From the NCBI GenBank assembly GCA_002633005.1, contig NMRA01000621.1, positions 123,232-187,231 of the forward strand: a DNA stretch of 64,000 nt, read 5' to 3'. The position numbers and the translations under genes are program-made. Shown in pieces: positions 10,873 to 22,410 of the stretch. How positions within the stretch are numbered: the stretch's first letter is position 1; every line of letters starts with the position of its first letter. The DNA is from Phoronis australis. Lineage: Eukaryota; Animalia; Phoronida. The notes beneath the pieces were generated by a model. It worked only from the letters and a program-made list of their open reading frames with translations, made no database searches and was not told where the DNA came from.

Positions 10873-11512
10873 TGGCAATACATCATCACTCTTAAGGACT
10901 ACTTGACTAAATTATGTGTAACAAGTGTGTGTGTGTTTTGACTGTTCAGTTTTGTCATACTTAACTTTAGTACTCCTTAACATGTGCAGGAGTCGGGTTG
11001 TCAAGTGCGAAAGGTTGTATTGTGATAAGAGGACTTTGTGCAGTCAGTCAAGCCATTTATGATACATTTGCTGAATATATTCACTTGAGTTCATTCGTCT
11101 CGTTTTCACTTGATGAGCTCTCATGTTTCTCAAGAGACAACTCATCTATTTTCAGTTACAAGTTTAAGCTGTAGATGTTTATTTTAGAAAACATGCTGTG
11201 GTCCACTTTACGAACTTAGCTTTAAAAGAAACTGTACTTTCTGGTGTGTTTATTTAAAATAAGTTAATACTGCAAATGACCCTGAACTCTCTTTTGGGCA
11301 AGACTGGTTTCCACCTCAGCTTATTGCGTGCCTCTCATTTGTAGTTTGTTTGGCTGAAATATTTATGTATTTATACATAAGTAGTAATAACTTAATAGTT
11401 TTCTGTATATCTTCTACAGACTGTAAATAATGAGTTTAAGATACCTTTTTTTCAACTTAATGTAAAGAATTTGCCATGACTCAGATGGAGTTCCCGTTTT
11501 ATTGTCGTGGAT

Positions 11513-11518
11513 AATAAA
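11513..11518 (+). terminator. Probable PFDN2 polyadenylation signal
   Basis: AATAAA ~640 bp after the stop codon, followed by T/GT-rich sequence. Confidence 0.45.
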
Positions 11519-12565
11519 CTTGCATCATTTTTGACGAATTGTTTTTGAATAATATTTTGAAGTTTTGCTTTTGTCATTACATTCACTATAATTGATCAAT
11601 GACAATGTTCCCTAGTGTGTCACCTCCAGAGCAGTTGTTTTTCATAATTTTTTACTTCAGAGTCAAAATGAATATCTCACAAATTAAACACCTCAATAGA
11701 TAATTATTTTGGGCCAAATAAAAAGGTGGAGAATAAAATGTGGAAAACTAACTGTTGTTGTTCTTAGTCAAAACCACAGGTTTCTTTATTTCTACCTACT
11801 ATGAAATGTCTGCTGAAATTTATGGTTTAAGGCCAACTAGAAGATCCATATCAACCATTCTATTTTAAGGCCTTATTGTTTTCCTCTAATCAAATTATGA
11901 GTCTTGTCAGTAGCTTTTTTCCAATATGAAGGCTGCGTGATTAAAGATGTCTTGTTACCAGGTGGTACTAGAGTAGCTGCTGGACTGCCTGTGTGGGGAT
12001 TTAATTTGTGGGGTTCCAAGTGTTTTGTATATGTTCTTTGTGGTCATCATGTTGTTAAATTGACGTTGTGGCCAGGTGGGATATGCAAACACTTCACACA
12101 AAAATGTCATCAAAATGTGCGTAAGTGCATTTCTTTTAGTCTTTTGAGAAATCTCATTTTTTGAGAAAGCATTGAAAGAAATTGCTGATCATCCCAGTCA
12201 ACTCCGCCCGTCTTGGGTACCAGAATTAGACATTGGATCAAGCGAAATACACGTTTGCACTCTCACAATATCAAGGAGATGTATGCAGTGTTTCCATCTG
12301 TTTTCAAGTCTTCTGCAGCAATTCTGTTCTTAGTCACAATTCACATCTTTTCTAACTACCAATTTTATGGCAATAAGCGGTCTAATGAAAAAGTTATTTT
12401 ATATTTTGAAAATAAGGGATAGCGCCACAGTAAAGGGAGACTTCAGTCGAGAAATTTATGACCAACTTTTTGCAAGACCTTTTTCAAACTGATATTGTAC
12501 AAATGGAGTATCCAAAGTGCATGCTAAGGGTGTTAAATTACAACTAAGCTGAAAATTTCTTAATA

Positions 12566-12571
12566 TTTATT
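12566..12571 (-). terminator. Probable Barx polyadenylation signal
   Basis: tttatt on + (AATAAA on -) ~550 bp downstream of the Barx stop codon. Confidence 0.4.
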
Positions 12572-13124
12572 ACAAAAGATAAAATCTGTATGTACATGTC
12601 ACAATAGATTTTTTACATTGCTCCATTTCGAACTTTCGACATCTTTGTCTTTTTTTGAAGTGGAAATTTAAAGGATTCGCCCAATTGTTCCATTATAAAT
12701 AATTGAAACTTAAGAATGCACTTTTGGTGGAATCGCATATTAAAATCGATTTTTGTTGTTTTGTGTTATTAAAACAATACCGCTTAAAGCTTGAAAATTT
12801 TCAGTGGGTGATCGAAACAACACTTTGCAAGTACTTGACGTTTAATAGATGTCAGTATTGAGGAGAGTGGTCACTTGGCCTTGTTGTATATCGATATGTT
12901 GTTGAATGATCCCATTAATGGTGTGCTCTGTGGCGTACCGCTAGTAAACCGCCATCAGACTAGCTTCTCGGCGTTGGTTTCTCCCGTGGCTGTCTATCTT
13001 ATCCATAATGCGTTGGTTCAGCCAAAGGCCACTTTGGCCAGATGATGGCGCTGCGAAGGGACTAGGGGCACTGAGTCGTCCGGTGTCCAGCTATGCTGCG
13101 TTATCATTACAATTCTTGCTCCGA

Positions 13125-13259
13125 TTATGTTTGTGGCGCCGTGTGCTTCGTTTCAGGAAGTTCGCGTCGTTGCTGCGGCGGTACAAGAGCCTCTTCCGAG
13201 ACTTTCTTAGGTCGGCCTTTAGGTTTCGTCGGTGCTTGTGTTCCGCCACGCTGCAAAAC
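13125..13259 (-). CDS. Barx: Barx homeobox, exon 3 (Barx basic region)
   Basis: ccttttag| acceptor; VLQRGGTQAPTKPKGRPKKVSEEALVPPQQRRELPETKHTAPQT*; PTKPKGRPKK is the BARX1/2-specific post-homeodomain motif. Confidence 0.93.
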   Translation of the reverse strand, partial: VLQRGGTQAPTKPKGRPKKVSEEALVPPQQRRELPETKHTAPQT

Positions 13260-13537
13260 CTAAAAGGAGAAATTTCTTATTATTTTTTCTGGGACAATAT
13301 AAAATTGTTTCTAGAAGTCAATAAATTTTAAATTTACTTCATTGTTGGGAGAGTTGAGTAATATTGAATTGAGGATAAAATATATCCGCGAATGCGTATT
13401 TAGGCCCATGCGTTTACTATCCAAAATAATAAATTTTCTAATTTTGCTCTATTATTTGACATATAGGCACATTTCTTCTAATTTTCATTGATAGGCGTAG
13501 TCAGCTATCCTTTGTATTTGCAGCTTCTTATAGATAT

Positions 13538-13883
13538 CAGTGGCGGATTTAGGGGGGGCAAGGAGGCCATGGCCCCCCAAAAATTCTCCCAGATTCCATT
13601 TGGCAGTGCGGGGTGTGAATTTCTGATTAGTATATGCGCGCACCCAGGGGGGCTCGCGGGGCCAATTCACAAGGCATAGGCCCTGAACAAACCCCGTCTA
13701 CCGTTTCTTTATTATTATTTTTTTTTTTTTTTTTTTTTTAGTAACAAGGTTTACAAACCCAACATGTCGAGATCCCTGTATCCCTACATTTTAAGCTGGG
13801 CCCGCGCATGTGGAGAAATTCTGGTATTTCTGTGCCNNCCCCCCCCCCCCCCCCCCCAACTCAAAATCCTGGGTGCGCCCCTG
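13538..13883 (+). mobile_element. MITE family A copy in Barx intron 2, 5-bp TSD GATAT
   Basis: cagtggcggattt...gcgcccctg; gatat at 13533-13537 and 13884-13888. Confidence 0.85.
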
Positions 13884-14308
13884 GATATGCCCATACGGCC
13901 GGGGTAAGTCACGATTCGATCCTTTAATGCTTTTGAGTAACAACCGACAGAGATGATGTAAGTTGCCCTAAAGCTAACAGCGTGGATGAAGCGGTAAATA
14001 TCTTTACTTATGGGTAACGAGGTGCAAAGAAGTGAGAATTAAAAGAACACCTCAGTTTTCTCATTCGTTTACGCAAGTGCAAGTTATCCTTTATTTAGCT
14101 ACACACGTTTGCATCCAATAACAGGCGAGCACTGACGCAAACTGCAAGAAAAACTCGCCAATCGACTGGATCTGAAAAGGTTATCCTGTCCTTTTCATCG
14201 TGGGTCACTATAATTCTATGCCTGAGTTGAGTTTTGCAGGAATAATGTCCTTATTTCACAAGTTACACGATGAGTCAGTAGGAAAACTTCAGTGCAAAAT
14301 GAACTTGC

Positions 14309-14592
14309 CTGTTTTTTCCATTTCATTCGCCGATTTTGATACCACGTTTTAACTTGAATCTGGCTCAGTCCGAGGCATTCTGCTAAATCACTTCTGTCAG
14401 GCGTGGACAAATATTTATGACTCTCAAACTTTCTTTCTAGTCCCATGAGCTGGAGCTCCGTAAACACTGTTCTGCTGCGGCGACACTTTTTGGGCGGTGT
14501 GAAAGCATCTCCTCCCGACGATTTAGTTCTCACATACACCGGTAGAGGCACGGGTACCGAAACGCCATCTCCGGCGTGACAGTGGAAGCTGT
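14309..14592 (-). CDS. Barx: Barx homeobox, exon 2 (entire homeodomain)
   Basis: cttttcag| acceptor in phase 1; [61 protein letters not shown], with Bar-class T47/Y49 and the Barx-type ELQLMGLE; the donor is CAG|gcaagt. Confidence 0.96.
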
Positions 14593-16656
14593 CTGAAAAG
14601 AATAGGAATGAACGTACGTCAACATTTAGTGCTTATAATTAAAGCTGACGAAATGACTGCAAACAGAAGTGCAGTGACGGAATAACAACTTTTAGTTAGG
14701 CTCGAATTTGTTGGAAGCATGCGATACAAGAATGGCCGTGAATTCATCCCCCAATTTCGCTCAACATTTGAAACGTGTGGAGTTCCCGTTCAGTTTCTTT
14801 AAAACCGTATAGAACGAATTTTGACGAAAACCACTTTAGACAAAATTAATTACGAAATGTTTCTCTTTCAGCATGACGTCTCATTTTTCAACGTAAACAG
14901 AATTTAGTAAAGAAAGTTTAAATTAAATTTTTTAACTTCTCGCTGTGCACCATTGAAATGAGGATTTTGTGTGGTACCAGTATCGTAAAAATGCAATACA
15001 CACACGGCTGTAATTTACCATGTTCCAAACTGGTGAAAACAAGGGAAATAGTATATTTGTCCGAGCTTAGTGACTATGTCGTTTCATTGTCAATCATACA
15101 TTTAGTCATTGTTTTAACGTTCTATGTAGTAGTTTTCTAGAGTCCTTGGTGTAACGGAATGCGGCCGCTGACGTTCGGAATTTCGAACATTTTGCTGCCG
15201 CCGCAGGCACGTTTTTCATCCAGTTGTACTTCAAAATCGAACACTCGGAGATTTGTCGAGTTGCAGTTCCGCTTTTAAAGTTTTGGAACATGTCGATTTA
15301 TTTCAACTTTTCCTTGATACGGATGCACTTCCGCTTGCAACTCGTCATCAAACTTTGTTTGAGATAAATTATTGTGTTCACAAATATTGAAACTTTGCAC
15401 ATCACTAACCCCACTTAACAGACAAAACAATGGATTGCATTTCCTTCGCACCAGTCCGGGGTTCCGTAAACAAATTAAACCAATTCGCTCCTATACAACT
15501 ACAATTAACTTAAGCAATTAAATGAATACTGTTTAAGTAGCATTCTCCACTTAGCAAGGGTTGTAAGCAGTTGCGTTTAAAATAAACTCGAATCCGTAAT
15601 GGTGTCATTAATTGATACCATTATCAAATATAGATTTAAGACGGAAAGTCTGTCGGGTCGTGTGTAACACAGGTCAAATTAAGTATATAGCCAGTTCGCT
15701 AGTTAGACTCTGGCGAAATGTACTTGGCACAAGTAACTAGGATGTTTTGGAAATTGTAGGTTTTCGTATTTGTTTCTAAGCTTCATAAAGACACCACTCC
15801 TTGCAATGGCATTCTTATACATTTCGTTGGTACCTGAACAACGGATTAGTATTGTATTACTGTTCGATTTTTTGTAACCCTTTTCGTGTTTTAGATTAGT
15901 AAATGAACTTTTATTTTACATGTTCACAAAGTTTATCTGATCTACTTTGCCATGTGATAGTGTCGAGTAATAGCGAGCTCAGTCAAGTTCTTCATCTATA
16001 CATCTGTGCTAGAAGACGTGGGATAAAAATGTTAACGTTGCTAATTTTCTGCAGTAATGGTTTTAGGAAATCGTAATGAAAATATGACTGCATATATAAC
16101 GCAGTGGGTTTCTTATAAACTCGTATCAATACCCGCGGTCCCGCAGTTTCCATTGCGCGATCTTAATCTGGGTTGTCTTGGCTAAAGCTCCTCGCTTTTT
16201 GACGTCGTTCCCCATACTTAAGCTTGTGTCGATTTTTGTACAAGGGAAACACAATTCAATTTTTCCATTTTTACTCAAATGAAACTAAAATGTAAATTTA
16301 CGTTTTTCACTATCACAGAGATACCAAAGCTCAAATACAATGTATATAATTTTAATTATTTTTACAATTATGTTTTACGACTCGCTCGATTATTTACACA
16401 AAAAGTTTTATTCACACTTACCAAACTTCAAGAAGCCAAGTCTCTTGCTCTATAATTAGACACAAGTCTGCCACGTCTTACCACATTGTATATACGGAAG
16501 CAGGTTGTTTCTTTTGAAAACCAGGATTTGTTGACAAACTGTTTCAATGTCAAACAACTTACTGATTAGGAGAAAACATTGTGATATTTTTCTTTTCGCT
16601 TACAGCGCCAACGAAGTCGGTTTTTATTTAGCATGGCAAGACTGGCGGTTAAAAAA

Positions 16657-16765
16657 ATATTCTGTTTCAATTATAATTTAGGGTGGTTTTTGATATTCTT
16701 TTTCAATTATAAGGGTGGTTTTTGATATTCTGTTTCAATTATAAGGGTGGTTTTTGATATTCTTT
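16657..16765. repeat. 32-bp minisatellite, ~3 copies
   Basis: gatattct at 16692, 16724 and 16756. Confidence 0.8.
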
Positions 16766-17010
16766 CTATTATGCAGCTTAGGGCTGTTGTGTCAAAAATA
16801 ATTCCCTTTGGTTTATTAAAGGAAACATTAATTTAAAATTCACAAAAATGTGTTTACAACGGGACGCGAATCCTTAGCCTGTTATCCAAAATAATTTTAA
16901 GATGGCATGATGAATTATGAAATACAATGCGGTATGTTTTATGACGAGTTTCTAAAAGGGTCATTTTAAGTTTAGAAGTAATAAGCAATGAAGTCGATCT
17001 AAATACTTAC

Positions 17011-17185
17011 ATGGATCTGAATACAAAAAGCTTGAAAATGCCGCCAACTGAGCCGGATGGAAAACGGGATAAATGAGTGACGGGTACTTGCGAACTAATA
17101 AACTGTCAATCTTAGCCGAAGGCTTCTCCGACAGAATATCCTCGATCAGAAAGGACGGTTTCTTCAGCGCGTCTCGCTTCGCCAT
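17011..17185 (-). CDS. Barx: Barx homeobox, exon 1 (eh1/FIL repression motif)
   Basis: gccATG start; MAKRDALKKPSFLIEDILSEKP... contains eh1-like SFLIEDIL; the T|gtaagt donor is phase-compatible with exon 2; exons sum to 175+284+135 = 594 nt (197 aa). Confidence 0.9.
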
Positions 17186-17522
17186 GATTCTCGTGTCGAA
17201 CTGATGCCACGGCTGTGTTGTCTAGGTTTAAATTTGCCTATCAATTCTCGCCATAAACCAATTACAAGACTTGTATAAACACTGCCGTGCGACCGTGCTG
17301 TGGTATCATTGGCTGGGCCGCATATCGCATCCCATGCTCGCGTTACTATTAACTAATTGCTGTTAAAGATACTATAATTGGTTTCTTATGTGGCCTGCAG
17401 CTATCCAATGAAAACCGTGATCGAGTCACGTGACGGTTTTTCATTCCACGCTGCCAGCTAGAACAGGGATGATTTCTGTAGACGCTGATAACTTCTCGCG
17501 AAGGAAGCTCGTTTAATATCGG

Positions 17523-17731
17523 GTAATCACGTGCATGGCTTATAACAAATAGCGGGATCTCGAGAAGCTTTGCGTGATCTTGCGTTGTTGCGATGTTTTC
17601 GAGTTCCAAGGAATGCACGGCTTATAGTTGGCTACGTTTCGCGGAGCATTCAGTTTATTTTAGCGAGAAAGCAAGATCACGCAAATCTTCGCAAGATATC
17701 GCCGTGCATTACAAGCAAACCACGTGATCAC
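17523..17731. repeat. Old inverted-repeat (MITE-like) element ~340 bp upstream of the Barx ATG
   Basis: atcacgtg...gaagctttgcgtgatcttgc pairs imperfectly with gcaagatcacgcaaatcttc...cacgtgat. Confidence 0.55.
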
Positions 17732-17966
17732 ACTAGCTTTACCAGGGAGTGCATTCTGTCTACGGTTCTCGCCGCTATTGTAAGTGCCACTCGACACTCG
17801 GCAGGCTTCGTATGTTTAATGTTTAGAATAATCTGCACGTCCATTTTGATTCTGACAACATACGTCAAAGAAAGATAAAACTTCTTTTCTACTTCTATAC
17901 GTTCTCCGTTTCCGGTGATCTACTTGGATAATTCCTATATTCGGTGAAGTTCAAAAAATTGTGTAA

Positions 17967-18078
17967 GCCAATAGGGGCCCAGTTCTGTAAATGTAGGCCA
18001 ATAGGGGCCTAGTTCTGTAATTGTAGGCCAATAGGGACCTAGTTCTGTAAATGTAGGTCAATAGGGACCAATAGTTCT
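17967..18078. repeat. 30-bp minisatellite, ~4 copies, containing CCAAT
   Basis: gccaataggg(g/a)cc(c/t)agttctgtaa(a/t)tgtag repeated. Confidence 0.85.
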
Positions 18079-19516
18079 GCTTTGTTAACAACCTTGAAAA
18101 AGGGTAAAGTATGACGGAACTCGAATATTTTGAGAATAAATTTGTCAACATTTTTTCAAAAGAGAGCTTCAAATGTTGTGGGAGGTATTGTTTTGCTTAC
18201 CCTGTTTTGTCAGCGAGACTATAATGTAATGCATTCAACACACGATGTTGCGTTGGACGTCCATCTTACGTTGGTCACAACAAAATAATGTCTTACAGTC
18301 TATATACGGAACATGTTCTTGACTTTTTTCATAAGCTTTTGTAAAACAAAACCTCGTTTTGCCATAGAAAGTAATAACAAGTGACAACATACGTGGAGTG
18401 CTCATAGGGAAACAGCTTTTGATTTGAAATAAAAACGGGAATATTTTTCAAAGAAAAAGACACGCGGTTGATGGAAATTTAAACCTACTCCTGTTGACAG
18501 TGGGGATAACAGAATGATAGCTTGCCGCTTGTTAAAATTTTTTTTTTTTAGTTTGCTGATGGAACGAGTGACGGTTTTTGTTATGCTCGCAAATTATGGT
18601 AAACAAAAACGAAGATAATGAAGGTATAGAAGAGATGAATGTAACAAACAAAAAACACCAGCAAGAATTTAAAATCTAAAAATAAAGCACACGAGAACGA
18701 TCTCGGATTTTTATTTCTAAATATAAACAGTTGCCTATCCTTGAAATTTGTATGTATTCTCCGTTTTGTTCAGCTGGTTTGCTGAGGTCGTCTGGGAAAC
18801 AGTTTATGTTTCCAGTTCTCGAAATTTTCGTAACGTTGCGTAATGTCAACATAATTGACACATTTCTAGGATGATCAGAACTGTGGTCTGTTTCTTGTCA
18901 CAGGACGCCCGTAGATTGTCACACTGTTTCTCACGATATGTCCGCCCCTCGGTCGTCCAGTGTTTGTATACTTTCTTAAGTTAATTTCTGAAGCACTCGT
19001 TGCCTGGGCTATTACGTCAGATTTTGACAGCGGAACGTTTTCATCAACTGTGATAAGAATACCAGATTAGGAGGTGTTTCTGTGGCTAATCATTGTCTTT
19101 CATGATACATTTCAACCAGTTTTTCGGTAAGAATTAAAAAGTAAATTAAGTTTGTTTTTCGTGTTTTTAAACAACGAGGTATTGTAGAAAAAAATGTTTT
19201 CATGATCGCCGTGGTGGGTTAATCTTTTCGACTCCTCTTCGCTTTGTTAGATGTTGATGTAAATCTGGAAATTGGCTTTCAATGTAACTTTGGTGGATGG
19301 ATGGAATCGAATTCTAACTCTTCTTCCTACTCAACTGCCATAGCATTGAACATTAATGCTGAATATTTGATATTCAGAGTCGCTTTTATAGTGGATGAAG
19401 GGAATCGAATTCCCAATAATTTTCTTATAGCTACAAGATTTGAAAATTTTGAAAAATATGTTCAGTGTGGTCGACTGTCCACCGGGAATGTTGTTACATT
19501 GCCTATGCCCTGAATA

Positions 19517-19644
19517 CCTCTAAAAAGAAAGACTTCGCGAGATTACGTGAGGTATTGCCGTGCATTTTAAATGAGAACACGTGACTTTGGCTAGATTTTA
19601 GGTAGGTCCTAGCGTAGGTCCTAGTGTTACTGAACGCACGCCTG
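19517..19644 (-). mobile_element. MITE family B, truncated copy
   Basis: Reverse-complement match to 9902-10030. Confidence 0.75.
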
Positions 19645-20325
19645 AATTAGATTCTTTGGCCTGTGTCTTCACGTTATGTACTTTTGGAACGGACCAGCTG
19701 AGCTATGGAGTCTGTCCGCACCGTTTCCTTTACCCCGCGGAGAGGGGGATATCACGTCACCAATTACTCCACAATTGTTTTTCTTGCCGTCACCAATACG
19801 AGCCAGTGACTCTCCCTTCGCCATTGGAATCAAGTTTGAATGTGCTCCTTGAAAACTTCGCAACCAGTCGGTTCCTTATTTAATTATGTCGACAGTCTAG
19901 ACTGCGGTTGTCCGCTGTTTTCTTAGCAAGACAATTATTGTTCAGTAAAAATCATTAAGAGTTGACTCCTTGGCCAATTAGACTAAAAGCGGCCCTTTGT
20001 TTACTTCGATGTGAGCATATAATGAAATTAGCCACCTTTAGGCAAGAGAAAAATAAAGAAAAAACATACCTCAGTAGCATAATCAAGTAAAAGATGACAA
20101 GACAGGAAACGTAACTTCTTTTAAAAATGGTGTGACGGGAGCGGTGTTACATCAGTCGACTGGTTTACACAGACTTTAATTTGTTAGACTTCACCTGGCA
20201 TGGCTACTCCATGGATATATTTGGACGCTAACACTTTAAGGGTATGTAGTATCAGCAAGGATATCTATATCATTGCATTTCCTTGTATAATATCGGAGTG
20301 GATATTTCAAAGCATGAAAAGTCGA

Positions 20326-20400
20326 TGTATGTATGTATGTATGTATGTATGTATGTATGTATGTATGTATGTATGTATGTATGTATGTATATATATATAT
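20326..20400. repeat. (ATGT)n/(AT)n microsatellite
   Basis: Directly visible. Confidence 0.95.
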
Positions 20401-22240
20401 CCTTGTGTACTTTTGCAGTAGGTCCGTTAAAACCCAACAATTACCATTTATATCATTATAGATTATTGTTATTTAATTTACATAAAGGTACATAAGTAAT
20501 ACATTTTAACGGAAATCGGGTAAATTCGTAATATTCAGGTTATCCAAGTCTTTGTTTATCGCCTAGAATATTTCAGCGTACTAATATATAACTTCGTCGT
20601 AGATATATTTTAACGTGATGAGTTTAAGGTAGATTACGCACTATTTTTGGTGGCTAATTGAACTCTTTGTACGTTGCGGCATCTCGTGGAGTAAATAGTA
20701 GTCAGCCCTTCTCGGCGGAAGCACATTTCATTGAAATTGCTTTGTGCTAATTCATTGTTGACGTTGGTTTTTTGACGAAACAAAGGCATCACTCGATATC
20801 ATAGTGTTATGCAAATAATAACGTGTGTAACAGTAGTATATGTCTTGTATATTGTTGTCGTGAAAAGTATTTTAACACACAAAAGCATTTTGCCAAAGAA
20901 GGAATTTATTGGGGGGTTAAATTTCTGAACCTCGTCCACAGTAAATCAGCCAATGGGACTGAATGGTGGTGTTTTTCAACTTTCGTTATTTTTTAAAACG
21001 CAATATTCACAATCTGTGTCGAATTATATCCTTGTTTTTTTATTGCTACTCATAATATTTCTTTCAACAAACTATTTGCGTTCCAAATACGCCAGGTGTC
21101 TGGAACGATTTTAATTACGGGGCACATATTTATCGGTTATTTTCAGTCCTTTTAACTTTTTATTGTTTTAGCAGTTTTGAACACCAATTTCTTTTTCGTA
21201 CGTGTGTAGATTCGTAAGAGGATTTGTTTTATGGTTTGTAGCCGAGAGAACCATCTCTCAGGTTTTGGATTTCCTTCAAACATAGAAGATATAGGCGGTC
21301 AAAAATGAAATCTTGGACGTTGTTCTGGAAAGAGATTTCGATGGCTGATACCTCTATTGTTTGAGGGTTAGAAAAAAATGAGAAACTGTTCCCTGCATAT
21401 TCACGATGAAAATATAAAGTTCATATATGAAGACACAACGCAAAAAAATTACATTTTTATCAATAATGGCGATTTTAAACGTTTGTGTGACGTTTTTGTG
21501 GTCATTAAGGATTCAGGAAATATGAATGATATTGTTTCAAATAGATACAATTAAAAACCTTTTTGATAAAACGTGAACGACTTTATGATGGTTGAAATTT
21601 GTGGAACTCCATCAGGGATATTCGAATTCATTGAATGTATAGAATGCCTTTGGTTATTAGTCATCGACAAATTAGGGTAACAAGTCAAACGAAATATCAC
21701 TATTTTACTATAATAGTTTAAGAATTAATAAAATCATTCATTTTAAAATAGATTCTAACGAGTTTGTGGCCAAAAAGAGCATTTGGGGGAATTATCGTTG
21801 GGGTAGACTTTTTGATCTTATTAGCTGTGACCTGAACTATATAACAACAAAATTCGCTGTTTTTTATGATTTTATTTCAAATCGCCAATTCTCGCTGTTT
21901 TCTACCAGACATTCGATGAATTCAAGGCCTGTGACTTAAAGTGGTCAACAATTTAAATAAGATGCCGTTTATCGAGTGAGATTTAGCCCAACAGTGAACC
22001 TTTAGAATGCGGCCAAGGGCTTCCAAGTTCGATTCCTCGCTTGGACTGGTCTCAGAAAATCAATTTCTCGCCATTAATGGCTCTTAGCTTCTAAAATGTC
22101 ATTGTCACCTTTCATAAAAATAGATCTGGAATACGAATTCGCTTAAACTGAGTCTTGGGTGCTACTTTTGCAGTAATTCAATTTTTAATTCTTCGTATGA
22201 GAATATAATTATCTCTTTCTGCCAGAGGAAAACATTGTTT

Positions 22241-22410
22241 CTTATAACTGCACCTTATAACTGCACCTTATAACTGCACCTTATAACTGCACCTTATCAT
22301 TTAGCTCACCAAATGTTTTGTTTCGACGCTTTGATTTTCAGCATTTTTTAGCTTTTGTTTTAAAAAGTGGGTCAAATAGTCAAATAGTCAAATAGTCAAA
22401 TAGTCAAATA
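22241..22410. repeat. Two short tandem arrays (13 bp x4; 8 bp x5)
   Basis: cttataactgcac x4 (22241-22297); gtcaaata x5 (22371-22410). Confidence 0.9.

Noticed and set aside
13008-13331. 107-aa plus-strand ORF
   Set aside because: Antisense to Barx exon 3 and its 3'UTR.
19669-19863. GC-richer minus-strand ORF upstream of Barx as an alternative first exon
   Set aside because: No convincing donor or homology; Barx exon 1 already has a good ATG and eh1 motif.
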